From NCBI RefSeq assembly GCF_018977255.1, contig NW_024704742.1, positions 131,938,001 through 132,002,000 of the forward strand: a stretch of DNA of 64,000 nt, given 5' to 3'. Shown here one piece after another: positions 38,515 to 51,900 of the stretch. The notes under the pieces are model-generated. The model did not search any database. It was not told the DNA's origin and saw nothing but the letters and a program-made list of their open reading frames with translations. Position numbers and translations under genes: made by a program. Numbering within the stretch: the first letter of the stretch is position 1; every line of letters begins with the position of its first letter. Origin of the DNA: Callorhinchus milii. Lineage: Eukaryota.

Positions 38515-38955
38515 GTGTCAGTCAGCCTGGCTCAGTGGTGGCACTCTCACTTCTGAGTCGGAAGGTTGTGGGTTCCAGCCCCACATTGGGACTTAGAACT
38601 TATGTAGTCCAGGCTGACACACCAGTGCAGTGCTGGGGGGAATGCTATTTTCTTGGAGATGCTGTGCTTCGCATGAGATGTTGAACCGAGGTCCAGTTTA
38701 CCTATTCAGTTGGATGTTAAAGAGCCTGTGGCATTAGTCAAAAAGTGAAGGGAGTTTCTCCCAATTTCTTGGTCAACAATCTCCCAGGTAAAAATTGGCC
38801 ATTTACTTCATCGCTATTCACTGCTCAGAAAGCATTACTGTGAGCCAATTGGCTTCTCTGTTTGCTTACAAAATACTGATACTTTACAGTAAATCCTGTG
38901 AAGCACTTTGAGACGTGATTTGAAAGGTGCTGTATCAAATGCAAGGATTATTATC
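38515..38955 (+). mobile_element. SINE family B, near full length
   Basis: gtcagcctggctcagtggtggcactctcacttctgagtcggaaggttgtgggttccagcccc head, Deu core and tail. Confidence 0.83.
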
Positions 38956-39799
38956 AAGTGTAGTGATTGTGTATTTTTGTAGGCGAACAAAGCAGCAAAG
39001 TCCCACAGCCATGAAGTGAATAACCAAATATATCTGGGGACCAACCTGTTGAATGTGCATTGAGCACACTGTGATAATAATAAAATAATAATCTTTGCAT
39101 TTAATATAGCACATCTTCTAATATGTCTTCTAGATGTCTCAATCTACATTGTAGATACACGTTTACTGCTCTTACATGTGCAGTTTCCTCAGAGAAAAAT
39201 CAAGCGTTCTTTTATAACTCGTCTCCAAAATTTGTTTCTCTCTTAAAAAATTTAAAAATCGAACGTATTGAAATTTTGAATAACAATTTTTTTTCCATTC
39301 TTAATCCATAATAATTCAGCAATTTCACTTGTATATCTTGCCTTAAGCCCAAAGTCTTCCTAGGCATAGCTCCTGGCATCATATTGACAGCGTGAGCAAT
39401 GGACTACAAACGCGGTAATGGTCTATGAGCAGTAATGTATCTTAGCCCAGATGTTTTGTAAAAACCTCAACAAAATTTGAGAGTTTTGATGACACTAATT
39501 AAGCTCTGGTGAGTTTTTTCTATTTAATTCTATCATTGAAAATATTAATGAGATTAATGAGAATTACGTTACAGAGATATGAATGTTTTCTTTAAGACAG
39601 TGGATTATTTTTCAATAAGATTAGGAGTCGCTAATTTTGGAAGATCCTAGTATTAATGTATCCACGCTTTTTATTGACGCCTATAAATTATATATTTTCT
39701 AAAGTATGCCAGTGTCTATTACTCATTTGTTCTGCATCTCGGTCCATCTGGCTGCTAATCACTACTCAGAAAGCATTGCTGAGGCTTTACAGCATTTTT

Positions 39800-40186
39800 T
39801 AATAATAAGTCTTGCATCTGATGTAGCACCTTTCAAATCTGGAGGACATCTCAAAGTGCGTCAAGGGTATACTGTAAAGCGTGGGCAAATGCAACAGCTG
39901 ATCTGACACAACAATGTCCCACACATGGAGTGAATCACCAATTTTATCTGGAGGTTTGTAGGCTTGGACACCGAGATAAACTTCATTCTGTTTTCGATTA
40001 GCTTCACAGAATCTTTAACATGCACATGAACAGATAGTGAAGACCTTGGTTTAACGTCTCATCCAAAGCCCGAAATCGCCATCCAAAAATGCAACACTAT
40101 TGGAGTGTAAGCCGAGATGTGAGTTCAAAGTCCCTTCGCAACTTTCTGATTCAGAGGCGAGAGTGCTAACTGAGCCAGGCTGAAAC
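39800..40186 (-). mobile_element. SINE family B
   Basis: Reverse-complement tail, core and head. Confidence 0.78.
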
Positions 40187-40674
40187 CTGTATTCTCTCTA
40201 TTTTGCTGCTCCACCCTCCCAACACGATGACCTGCTGCGACTATTTTGATCATATCTTGGCTTGGTATTTCTCATGATCTTAGGATCAAGTCCATTGAAA
40301 CTTAAGACTATGCAGGACTTTTGAAATGTTTTAAAATATCATTTTTAATTTGGAAGACTCTTACCATACATTGTTTCTACAAAGAAATGGGCTTCCAAAT
40401 TAATACTCAATATTTTAATTACATTTATTTTTTAAAATGCACAGCCTGGAATTTTCACCCACAAAATCACAATTAATTGTCCTTCACAGTACATCCTACA
40501 AAGTCTTTGAGATATGCTTGTGACATGAAAGGCGCTCGATCAAAAGTAAGGGTTATATTTATTATATTTTAAGACAAAATGGTCTAAGGCTACGACTAGT
40601 AGATGTTTTGAACCACAGATTTTATCAGTGAATGATAGTCTCGCCTCCCAGATCAATGCTGTGTGCTCCAGTCA

Positions 40675-40935
40675 TAGATGGTCCAAGTTTTTCCCAGATT
40701 GATGCTTCAAGTTCTCCCAAAAGCCTCAAGAATGCTTTGGGCTTCCACTGATGAATGTTTAAGTCTCAAAGACTGACACTCCAGGTAAACCACAATGGCT
40801 GTTTCAGCCACATTGATGGATGCCACTAGTTTGGTCACTGACTGCAGCTCACAATACATTCCTGGCCCTGGACACTAACCCACTGTCCCTCCATCAGATG
40901 CTCCAGGCACCAGCAATGCCATCTGTGCTCCCAGT
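40675..40935 (-). mobile_element. Probable Tx1/L1-clade LINE ORF2 C-terminal relic
   Basis: Frameshifted minus-strand reading ~GL.PG...TKL.W..INVAETAIW...VFE...WGK resembles the C-terminus of shark Tx1-like ORF2 (pattern recalled, not aligned). Confidence 0.4.
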
Positions 40936-41793
40936 GTATTCTTAAAATAGTGATAGAGCTTAGTTTTCAGTAGAAAGAGGAACCTCTTCCTCTAGGTCTT
41001 ACATTGAAGAGAACAAACCAAACTTTCTTTAAAAATTAATTCCGGCCTCATCACAGCTGAGAGATATCATCTCAGTTGGAGGTAAAGATAAAAGGAACCT
41101 ACTTGTTTGTCGATTGTCATATCGCTTTCCAAGAGTTATAATCCCATCCCCCTGAAAAAATAACTTGCTCATTCACTCCATGGCTATTTGTTGGACTCTA
41201 CTGTGCACAATTGGCTGCTGCGGTTCACCCACAAAATACACAATCAATGCACTTGCAATCTGTCAAGTGCTTTGAGATGTCTCAATGATGTGATAAGACA
41301 CTATATCAAATACAAGGATTTATCTTATTTATATTTTAAAAGTATCTGGTAAGTGGGTGCTCTGGACTAATATGCCCTGGATCTGGAATAATAATCAAAA
41401 TAATAATAATGATAATAATCTTTGATATTAGCTAAAAAACTAACTGGTGTGAACATCAACCAGCAAAAGTGACATCATGAGGTAACATCACAATAATCTG
41501 GGACTCACATGTGCATGAGCGGCTGAGATAAGCACTCGATCATTCGGGGCGAGCAATCAGGACAGAGCCGAGGTGGAGCCTGGGCCTAGCGATCAGCATA
41601 AAAGGAGCGGCTGAGGTAAGTTACTGTCAAAGTGACGAAAAGAGAAAAAGTGACGTTGGTGTGACGTCATTTTTCAACAGCAGAACCAGGGATAAACATT
41701 GACAAACAAGGAACTGTCAGAAACTACAACACTGATGGCAAATTAAAACAAAAAAAATAAAAACTATATATATTGAAAACACTGTGTGAGAAG

Positions 41794-42055
41794 ATGATGC
41801 GGCTAGTGAAATGCGAGGACTGTGACATGTGGGAGTTAATGGAAGGCGCCCTGAGCCCGGGCGACTTCATCTGCAGCAAGTGTCTGCAACTCAGGAAGCT
41901 CCAGCTGAGAGTAGCTGAGCTGGAAGGCGAGGTGCAGATACTGCGCTCCATCAGGGACAGTGAGAGGTTCCTGGACAGTATGATGGAGGAAACCATCACT
42001 CCCCTCAGGCTCGGGAGATGCTTGCACCCGGTTAATGCTCAGGGACAGGATGGTT
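41794..42055 (+). pseudogene. CR1 ORF1 N-terminal fragment (zinc finger/leucine zipper)
   Basis: MMRLVKCEDCDMWE...FICSKCLQLRKLQLRVAELEGEVQILRSIRDSERFLDS: CxxCxMW...CxKC plus a heptad repeat, as in vertebrate CR1 ORF1p. Confidence 0.85.
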
Positions 42056-42069
42056 TCATCAGTCCTGCA

Positions 42070-44500
42070 GATAATGGGAGCTGAATATTACTGGCTAATG
42101 TATTCAGCAGGGATAGGGAAGGAAAAAAAGGAGGCGGTGTGGCAATGTTAATCAGGATACGGTTATAGCTGTTGAAAGGATCGAGGTGGTGGAGGTCCCC
42201 AAAATGGAATCTATCTGGTTAGAGTTAAGGAACAAAAAAAGAGCTGTTACGCTGGTAGGGGTATACTATAGACCACCAAATAGTGGGAAGGAAATAGATG
42301 AGCAGATCTGCAAGCAGATCTCAGACAGATGCAAGGCCAATAGAGTCGTGATAATGGGGGACTTTAATTATCCCAACATAGACTGGCAAAACAACAGCGC
42401 AAAAGGCAAGGAGGGTGAAAGATTCCTAAAATGCATACAGGACAACTTTCTTGATCAGTATGTTTCCAGCCCAATGATGAAGGAAGCAGTGCTAGATCTA
42501 GTTCTGGGGAATGAAGTAGGGCAAGTGGAGCAGGTTTCAGTGGGAGAGCATCTGGGCAATAGTGATCATAACATCATTAGATTCAGAGTGCATATGGAAA
42601 GAGAAAAGGAACCATCTAAGGTGAAGATACTCAACTGGAAGAGGGCAAAAATTTCAATGAGTTAAAAAGGGACCTAGCCAAGGTGGACTGGAAAGAAAGA
42701 TTGGCAGATAAATCAACTAAAGACAAGTGGGAAGTCATCAAGGATGAGATAGCTCGGGGACAGAATAAATACATTCCCACAAAAGGGAAAAGTAGGGCAT
42801 CCAAACCTCCCTGGATGACGAAGGTAATCGTATCTAGAATGAAAGGTGGCATATGACAAATGTCAAACCCAAGACACAGAAGACAACCAAATAGAATATA
42901 GGAAGTGCAGAAGAGGTTTGAAAAAGGAAATAAGAGGGGCAAAAAGATTATACGAAAAAAGGTTAGCGGGTAACATTAAAGGGAATTCTAAAATATTTTA
43001 CAAACACATCAAGAAAAAAAGGTTAGTCAAAGGTAGGTTGAGGCCAATTAAGGACCAAGGCGGAAATCTTATTGTGGAGGCAGAGGGCATGGCTGATGTA
43101 CTGAATGAGTACTTTGCATCTGTCTTCACAAAAGAAGTGGATGCACCAAATGCCGCAGTATCGGAGGATAGGATAGAGGAAATGGATAGGATAAGTATAA
43201 ATAGAGAGGAAGTACTAAAAAGGTTGACTGGGCTGAAGGTAGATAAGTCGCCCAGTCCGGACGGGATGAAACCAAGGTTACTATGGGAGGCACGGGTACA
43301 ATAGCGGAGGCTTTGGCTACAATTTTTCAATCTTCGTTGGACACAGGGGTGGTGCCAGACGACTGGAGAGTGGCCAATGTGCCTCCCCTGTACAAAAAGG
43401 GACAAACCTGGGAACTACAGGCCAGTCAGCCTAACATCAGTAGTGGGGAAACTCCTGGAGACTATAATCCGGGACAGAATAAATCTTCACTTAGAAGAAT
43501 ATGGGTTAATTAGGGACAGCCAGCACGGATTTGTTAAAGGCAAATCTTGTCTAACAAATCTAATAGAATTTTTCGATGAGGTAACGGAGAGGGTGGATAA
43601 AGGTAGTGCAGTTGATGTAGTTTATATGGACTTTCAAAAGGCATTTGACAAAGTGCCACATGAAAGACTTGTAAGAAAGATAGAAGCCCATGGTATAAAA
43701 GGGACAGTGGCAGCATGGATCCAGAACTGGCTGGGAGACAGAAAGCAGAGAGTTGTGGTAAACGGCTGCTTTTCTGACTGGAGGGAAGTGTACAGTGGCA
43801 TCCCCCAGGGATCACTATAAGGACCAGTGCTCTTCTTAATATACATAAATGATCTGGACTTGGGTATAGCAAGCACCATTTCCAAGTTTGCGGATGACAC
43901 AAAGTTAGGTAGAGTAGTAAACAGTGAGAAGGATAGGAGCCAACTGCAGGAATACATAGACAGAATGGTAAAATGGGCAGACACATGGCAGATGAGTTTC
44001 AATGTGGAGAAATGCGAGGTAATGCATTTTGGTAGAAAGAATGAGGTGAGGCAATTTAGGCTGGTAATACAATCTTAAGGGGGGTGAAAGAACAGAGAGA
44101 CCTGGGGGTGCAGGTAAATGAATCTTTGAAGGTGGTAGGACAGGTAGATAAAGCTGTAAAAAGGGCATATGGGATACTAGGCTTTATAAATAGGGGCATA
44201 GAGTACAAGAGTCAGGAGGTTATGATTAACCGATATAAAACACTGGTTAGGCCTCAGTTAGAATACTGCACCCAGTTCTGGGCACCACACTATAGGAAGG
44301 ATGTTAAAGCATTGGAAAGGGTGCAGAGGAGATTTACAAGGATGGTACGAGGAATGAGGGACCTTGATTATGAGGAAAGGCTAGAGAGGCCGGGATTATT
44401 CTCATTGGGGCAGAGAAGGTTACGAGGAGACCTAATAGAGGTCTTCAAAATCATGAGGGGATTTGATAGGTTAGAAAGGGAAAAACTCATTCCACTGGGG
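42070..44500 (+). pseudogene. CR1 ORF2 (APE endonuclease + reverse transcriptase), disrupted
   Basis: WELNI.G..VF.RDR..KKGGGVA, GVYYRPPN, MGDFNYPNIDW, LDLVL, SDHN, NYRPVSLTSVVGK, QHGFVKGKSCLTNL, MDFQKAFDKVPH, GIPQGSL*GP, FADDTK, RPQLEYC.QFWAP. In-frame stop at 43818-43820 and frameshifts near 42150, 42650, 42830, 43300, 43400 and 44070. Confidence 0.93.
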
Positions 44501-45439
44501 AGTGGGACTGACATTACATTGCTCTTTTCAAAGAGCTGGTACAAACTCGATGGGCCGAATGGCCTCTTTTTGTGCTATACGATTCTATGATTCTATGATT
44601 CTATGATACAGATAGAACAGCAATCTGATTTATGCCATAAATCAAGAAATATTCAATCAAGAAACGTTTATTTTGTTGGCCATCCAAAGAGGTTCTATAA
44701 TAGTCACTACATTTCACCGTAAAAATCCTGTGAAAATTTTTGAGATGTCTTGGAGACGTAATAAGGCGCTGTATCAAATGCAAGGATTATTATTTATTTA
44801 CCAACCATCTCATTCGAGATGCATCAGGTGCTCTGCAAATATAATGTCATGTATTTTAATAACTGGAATCAAATTGTCGCCACTCCTCTGTTCTCTGTTA
44901 TTAATAGTTATGGAGCAGCTGTCCTTCTGAATGTGAGTCTGCAACGGAGGTCTGAGCTAAAGCTTGTTCCACGACCTCCCACAGCTCCTAAAATTGTAAG
45001 TTATTCACTTACCATTTGCAAAAGTCAGGTTTCTCAATGAGGAGGCATGAAATGGATTTCATTTTCTTCCCATTTACCTTAACCGGAAGAAGATTTTTGC
45101 ATGAGATACGTGTCTGGCTATTACTGCGGTAATCCATCCATGAAAATGTCTCTCGGAGAATTCACTTCTGAATAAGTCGGAGAAATTCCTGAAAGCTCAT
45201 AATCCTCTAATAAACTAATCGTTAAGTAGAGGTGTTTGATATAAGCATTTAGGGTTTCAGGGAACATGAATATATTTCAGCCTTGATGCTGACACTTGCA
45301 TACAGCATGGCTGCAGGTCTGGACAACACACGACTGCTTTAAATGCTTTTTAAAAAATATGAGAGATTGTTCTCCACTGGTCACTAAGTAGATGTGCTAA
45401 CCTACAGCAAACACAATAACTAGTACTTACATAGTCTCC

Positions 45440-45690
45440 CTGGCAAGCTCTCCCACTGCTTGTCCAGCTAGGAGCACTGTACCCATTGGGGCTTTAGCCT
45501 GCAGGGTTAACAGAAGCTGAGTGGGAAGAATCTCTACTCTCCAGTAACTCTTCCAGTCCTGCCGACAAGCCAGGCTGACTGTGCTTTCATCAGCAGTGCC
45601 TCGGAATACTGAAGCCCAGCCTGGCTCAGGAACCGGACAACCAAGACCGCCACATAGGGTTGACTCAATTCCGACATTAAGTTTCCAAGC
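45440..45690. repeat. Unclassified repeat 'X' fragment
   Basis: ctgcttgtccagctagga...gagtgggaagaatc...ccgac.agccaggctg...tcatcagcagtg aligns with 35150-35380. Confidence 0.8.
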
Positions 45691-47409
45691 ATTTCACCTT
45701 GGAGCCAATTCAGCTCCATAAAAAAACCTTCCCCTCCTCAAGAAAATAGACACCATTTTCAATCATTTTCAATTATCATCTCCCCTCTCACAACAGATAT
45801 AAATAAATAATAATCCTCACTTTTAATACAACGCCTTTCAACTCACGAGGACATGTGATAGTGCAGGATTTATTATGTAGTCACAATGCAATACAATGTA
45901 GGCGAACACAGCCAATTTGCACACACAGTACAAACATATATGAGGTAGAAAGATCCGAACTGTACTGTCACTTAAACTGATGTGTTCTGTTTCTACTTTG
46001 TCGTTACCACAACGGTGCCATATCAAATGCAGGGACTGTTATTATTTTTATTTTATGGGTGTCTGAGGGACTTTGCTTTTTGTAGATTGTGTTCTTTGTT
46101 CGCCTACAAGTACACAATCATTACGCTTGATAGCAATTCCCCGTGAAGCTCTACGAGGCTCCATTTCGAGGTGGTGGACGGCGTATCAAAAGTAATTACT
46201 ATAACCGTGAAGTTAGCAACCGGCAATTTTAGAATTCTTTTAATAGACTCCAGTTTAGGTGGTAGCCTTGTGATAACCAAAGGCTAGTGATTACCACTTC
46301 ACCCTAGGAGAAAATTGGACCTATTTCCTGAGAGGAATGGAAATGGGTAAAATCCTGTCTCCATTTGGTTCAATTCAACATGGTTCAAGCCCATCGAAGG
46401 TGGAGGCAGATCTGAACATTCCCAGTTCCCAGTTTCCCAGAAGGATCCCGGGTTTCCCAGTTCCTGGCAAAACAACAGGAACAACTTACATTTATATACT
46501 GCCTTTCACACAGGGTAGTCCCAGAGAGCTTCACAGTGGCAGATTCTGACAACGAGCCGGGAGAGAGAGATCAATGGAAAAGTGATAAAATTTGTAATGT
46601 TGTTATTTATTGCAAGTGCAACAACATTTTATGTCCAAAAAAATCTGCTATCTCCCAACTCTGTTTCAACTTACGCATCCGCTGTTAAGACCACTGCGTT
46701 CATTATGATGGGCTCTCCTAGTTAATAATATTGCTCATTGATTTCTTGTTTCCAAGGACTCGAAGGACCGCAGTGAATATACTTTAAAATCTTTAGCGCT
46801 GATCTGTTGGAGGGCAAGTCAGATTACACACTTAGCAGTAATATTGAACTGTGAAACTGAACCAATTTAAACGCTCACAGTGTGGTGACATTATGACTGA
46901 CACAGGCGGTGATTTGAAAGAAAATAGATTATTTTTTGGGATGAATTTTCATTACTGGACTTCAAAGGGTTTGGGCTCGAGTTGCAGTGGGAAAGTCTGA
47001 CACTTGTATCACTGTTAAAGTTTTTTAAGAGCATTTGTTTTTGTTGCTGAAAGTGAGTTGGAAAGAACAACTACCTCTACAGTTCAGACCCAGGTTTAAC
47101 ACGAAACTAAAGTGTTACTGCTGGGCAAATCGAAAATAGCAGTTCAGCCAATTATCAGCAGGGGTCAAAATCCAATTAATTTAAGCAAAGCTGCATATTT
47201 CCAAATTTTAAAATTGTGTGCGCCACTGGCTAACTAAGTCCCTTTCCGATCAGACTTTATTAGCATGAATAGACTGAAGGCAATGTGACCCAAGTAATTT
47301 TTCAATATCTGAGAGAATTGGCAATGTGAAATGAGATTGCAAAGCCACAATGAGGTACGTGCAATCATCATGCACAACACTGATGTTTTTCATCTGTTAT
47401 ATCAGTCCT

Positions 47410-47990
47410 TAATCTGTCCTTCAGAAGAGATGTTAAACTGAGAACCTGTCTGTCAGTGCCTTGGGATGTCCTCCTGATGTGGAAGATGCTATACAAATGT
47501 AATTTGGTGGTGGTGTTGTTGTCTGTTCAGGTGGATGTTAAAGATCCCATGGCACAATTTGGAAAAAGAAGGGAGTTTTTCTCTCTCGGTGTTCTGGCTA
47601 ACAAATCCCCCACTGCTCCACGCACTCTAATCTTAGGTGGAATTATACTATATACTATATATACTATATATACTATAACATACTATAAAATGTAGTGAGT
47701 GTGTGTTTTATGGGTGAATGTGGTAGTTAATTTGTACACAGAGATGTCCCTCAAACAACCATGAAGTGAATGACCAATTTTATCTGGGGCCAGGACACCG
47801 GGAGAAACTCACTTCTAATTTCAAATAGTGACATTCAATGTTTAATGTTCACTTGAACAGGCAGACGGGGCCTCGATTAACGTCTCATCCAAAGGACGGC
47901 AACTCCAGCATTTCAGCTCAACCCCAGGACTGCATTAGAGTGTTATCTTAGACCATATGAGTTCCTGGTCCCCATGTGTCACTTGACACT
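47410..47990. mobile_element. SINE B fragments (+ 47410-47610 with a nested L2-type tail; - 47690-47990) separated by a (TATATAC)n repeat at 47644-47688
   Basis: Deu core on both strands; microsatellite visible. Confidence 0.75.
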
Positions 47991-48333
47991 GTCTGCAAGA
48001 TCTCCTAAACATTCTCTTCAAATCCCAGCTTCAACATATTGTTTGTTATCCTGAGGTACCAGACGAATTCAGCTCATCTCTGAAGACGTGAGGGGTGAGG
48101 AGAAGAAATGCAAATTGCGATATGATAATTATCACATGGGCAAACATATATGATTAGAAACAGTCCATGGTTAACCCCGGTCACAGTGTTGACATTCCCT
48201 GACTTCAGGGGGATGGTTGGGTCGCATTTGTTTCAACACAAAATTTTGGGGGGCATTAATTGACAGAAAAGCATTTGCAAATTATATATAGTAAGTCTGT
48301 TAATTCTTCGGAAGCCGGGGGGGCATAACCTAT

Positions 48334-48334
<1 letters not shown>

Positions 48335-48365
<31 letters not shown>

Positions 48366-48830
48366 CCCTACATTTGATACAGCTCTTTATCATGATGTCA
48401 AAACATCTCACAGGATATACAATAAATTGTAGTGACTGTGGAATAATTGTTGTGAACAATTTGGCTGATGCCCCCGCCTATAAAGCAGTCTGAGACACTA
48501 CCCTGCATAAGGGGTACTATATAAATGCAAGTTGTTGTATAAAATACACAAACAGCCATGAAGTGAATGACTGATTTTATCTGGCAGAGTGTTGTACAAG
48601 ACACACAGAGAAACTCCCTTCTACATTCAAATGATACCACAAGATCTTTAACAGTCACCTGATCAGACAGACAGGACCTCAGTTTGAAGTCTCAGCCAAA
48701 ACAAGGCACCTCCATCAATAAGGTGTGCAATCCATTGGAGTGTCAGCCTAGACTATAAGATCAAAGTCCCAACATGGGGCTTCAACCCACTGACTCAAAG
48801 GTGAGAGTGTTACCAGCTGAGCCAGGCTAC
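48335..48830 (-). mobile_element. SINE family B with a nested L2-type 3' fragment (~48470-48540)
   Basis: (AAT)n tail, core and head; the insert ends ctatataaatgcaagttgttg. Confidence 0.78.
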
Positions 48831-49149
48831 TAATTTATACAGTTGAAGTGCAGAAGATTGTAAGAGTACAGAACATTTCACCTGTGATTCACCAGTCTTC
48901 AAGAATGCAACGAGCAAACCGAGGTGCAAACACATTTATGAACAGCGCTTTTATACAATTTCTTATTTATGAGAAAACTGAGTATAGAAAACACTTCACA
49001 AGACTGGGCAGGTTCCAAGCGGGTGCTGGCTCCCACCATCTGACCTCACCACAGGGCAGTAAATTAAGGTATCTTACTTGATATTGAAATAATTCAAATT
49101 TGCTGTCTCAACACAGAAGAACAGTTCAACCTCAAACCGATAACAATTT

Positions 49150-49635
49150 TCTGGATTAAATTGGTCATTCACTTCATGGCTGTTTATGGATTCACTGCTG
49201 CGTGCAATTTGGCTGCTGCATTTGCCTGCAAAATACACAGTCACTACACTTTACTGTGTATCCTGTGAAGCCAAGTAGGAGTCCTGTAGTTCAGTAATTA
49301 GAGCACTCGCCTCCCAGGTGAGAGACCTGAGTTTGATTCCCGGCAGGGTGAAACCTTGGGCAAGTTTCCTTACTCCACACACCTGACAATAATCCTTCAA
49401 GAAAAGAAGCCAATAATAGAATTAGTCACTTCAATCCACAACTGTTTGTGGGACACTGTTGTGCACGATTGGCTCCTGCATTTCGCCCACAAATATACAG
49501 TCAATTCACTTTACAGTATATTCTATGAAACGTTTTGAGACATCTAGAAGACTTGAAAAGTGCTATATGAAATGTAAGGAAGGATTATAAGTTCTTGATT
49601 TGAAAGGCACCACATCAAATGCAAGGATTATTATT
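49150..49635 (+). mobile_element. SINE B 3' half split by a SINE A insertion (49277-49590)
   Basis: The host stops at cctgtgaagc (49270) and resumes at tgaaaggcaccacatcaaatgcaaggatta (49600). Confidence 0.8.
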
Positions 49636-49899
49636 TATTGTATTTATTATTTTGAATTGGAAGCTGTCTTTCTGGAATAATGGCTATGTGCTGCGAAAAA
49701 TCATCTTCCAATTTAAGACTGAATTTAAGATTAGTTTCCAATCTTCAATTTGAAGACAATTTCGTCTACATTTTTCAATTTGAATTTTCTTAAAGCTAAA
49801 AATTTAAAAATAAAATTCAGGGCCAGAGGATCCAAATCATGGAGCATTCAAATCATTACATCTCTGACCTCAGGAACCACAATTTGCACTTATATAAAT

Positions 49900-50870
49900 A
49901 GTAATAACAGTAATAATACTCCTTGCATTTTATATAGTGCCTTATCACATCATCAAGAAGTCTCCAAGAACTGCACAGGATGCAAAGTGTACTGACTCTA
50001 TTTCATAGGTGAACTCAGCAGCCAATTTGAACAGAGTAAAGTTCCACAAATAGCCATGAAGTGAATGACCAATTGTAATCTGGGGGATTGTCAGACAGGA
50101 CTCCAGGAAAAACTCCCTTCTCTGCTGAAGTAATGATATGAAATCTTTAAGGTCCATTTCCACAGGGAGAAATGGCTTTAATTTATCAACTCATCTGAAG
50201 AATGACACTTCTGACAATGCAATGCTCCCCTAGTCCTTGGAGGGAGATAATAATAAGAATCCTTCCATTTGATATAGCTCCTTGTCCCATCTTGGAGATG
50301 TCTCAAAGCGGTTCACATAATAAACTGTAAAGTGAATTGACTGTATATTTTTGTGGGCGAAACCCAGCAGCCAATTGCAAAACAAAAAAATGGGGAGGGG
50401 AGAGGGGGAAGAGTAGAGGAGATGTAGCCAAAAGCCCTCTTTGTCTCTGTCCACAGTGATGCATGCATTTTAACATGAAAGTGACATCTTTATTTATTCC
50501 CATGCAATGTAAAATGTCATCTTATTCTATATATCGAACTTAATGATGAGCTGACATTAAAATATATTTCCTTTTTGTTTCATTCCCTAATCTTTTGCAG
50601 TATTTATCGAGGGAAAGGTTTACTGGCACATTTTTTGTAATAATAAGCTTACAGCTCCCTCTGTACACATAACTGGAAATTCCAGTTTGTTCTGTCCTGA
50701 TTTCATTGCATTTGATATCCTTGTATTTGATACAGCGCCTTTCATGTAGCAAAACCCTCAAAGCGCTTCACAGGATTTACTGTATAGTGTAGTGACTGTG
50801 TGTTTGCAGACAAACGCAGCAGTCAATTTACACACAGCAATGTCCCACAAACAGCCATGAAGTGAATGCC
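49900..50870 (-). mobile_element. Three minus-strand SINE fragments (49900-50230, 50248-50380, 50715-50870)
   Basis: Reverse-complement tail and body modules. Confidence 0.75.
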
Positions 50871-51009
50871 AAAAAAAATATTGCAGTGGGAGCTAGTTCT
50901 CTTACCATGTAACCTTCTGTCCTTTTATTTTTTCACTGTCTTGAGATGTGAGCAACATTTTTAATTTATGTATATGATCTGCTAACTCCACATTGATCCC
51001 TCTGCTCCC

Positions 51010-51265
51010 TCAAAGAGGAGGGTTTAGACACATGTTTTGAAGGAGGCAAGAGAGGCAGCAAGACAACGAGACTGGGGGATGGAGTTCTAAAGGGTGTGGG
51101 CAGAGGAATTAAAGGCCTGACCACTGACGGTGGACCAGGCGGGGAGGGAGACGTGGAACAGGCTAGAGACAGCTGAGCAGAGGGAGTGAACAGGTTGATA
51201 AGGGTCACAGTGGTAGGAAGCAGCAAGGCCGTGAAGGGCATTGAAGGCGAGGACTTCAAAGGCCA
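51010..51265 (-). mobile_element. Old L2 ORF2 C-terminal fragment
   Basis: Minus frame FEVLAFNALHGLAASY...STVSGQAFNSSAHTL resembles the L2 'KA+HGLAPSY...GRAFS..AP.LWN' motif. Confidence 0.7.
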
Positions 51266-51544
51266 ATTTCTCAACAACAATAGCAACATGACAGTGACAG
51301 AGCACAACACAGAGCCAAGGAGAGGGGAGAGTTGACCATAGGCATAGTCGATGAGGAAGGTCTTCAGGCACGAACTAAAAATGAGTAAGGAAGGTGCAAA
51401 GCGAAGGGATAGAGGAATCTGCTCTTAACTTGCTATGCTTCTGCAGATGGACCCTGCTTACCTTATTCCTGAGTGCATTAGGCACAGGTTGGCAAGAGCC
51501 AAGGCTTTGTTCAGATTGAGAACACAAGCGCACATCAAAGCCCA

Positions 51545-51900
51545 GATAATAATGATAATAATAATAATCCTTGCATTTGATGTAGTCCCTTGTTACATTG
51601 TTGAGATGTCCCAAAGCGCTTCACAAGATATATTGTAAAGTGGATTGACTGTGGATTTTGTGGGTGTACCATGGCAACTGATTGCACACAGTAATGTCTC
51701 ACAAACAATTGTTTTTTAAGAGATTATTACCCCCAGAAAAGTGACTAATCAATCGACTAACAACTGTGTTCCTACTTATTTCTAGGTAAACAGAACTGTG
51801 GAGTAAGCAAATGTGCCTGAGGTTTCACCCTGCCCGGGAATCGAACCCACTCCTCTCTTTGGCTGGGCGAGCATGCTAACCACTACACTACAGGACTCCT
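51545..51900 (-). mobile_element. SINE family A, long form
   Basis: Tail, long-form segment and head on the minus strand. Confidence 0.85.

Larger units (their letters stand above)
41440..44607 (+). mobile_element. Near-full-length, decayed CR1 LINE (5' UTR, partial ORF1, ORF2 APE-RT, 3' UTR, (ATTCTATG)n)
   Basis: ORF1 zinc-finger/leucine-zipper start, APE and RT motifs, terminal gatgggccgaatggcctc and gattctat x3 at 44581-44607. 5' boundary approximate. Confidence 0.95.

Noticed and set aside
42998..44168. Long minus-strand ORFs overlapping the CR1 RT
   Set aside because: Antisense shadows of ORF2 with no independent motif.
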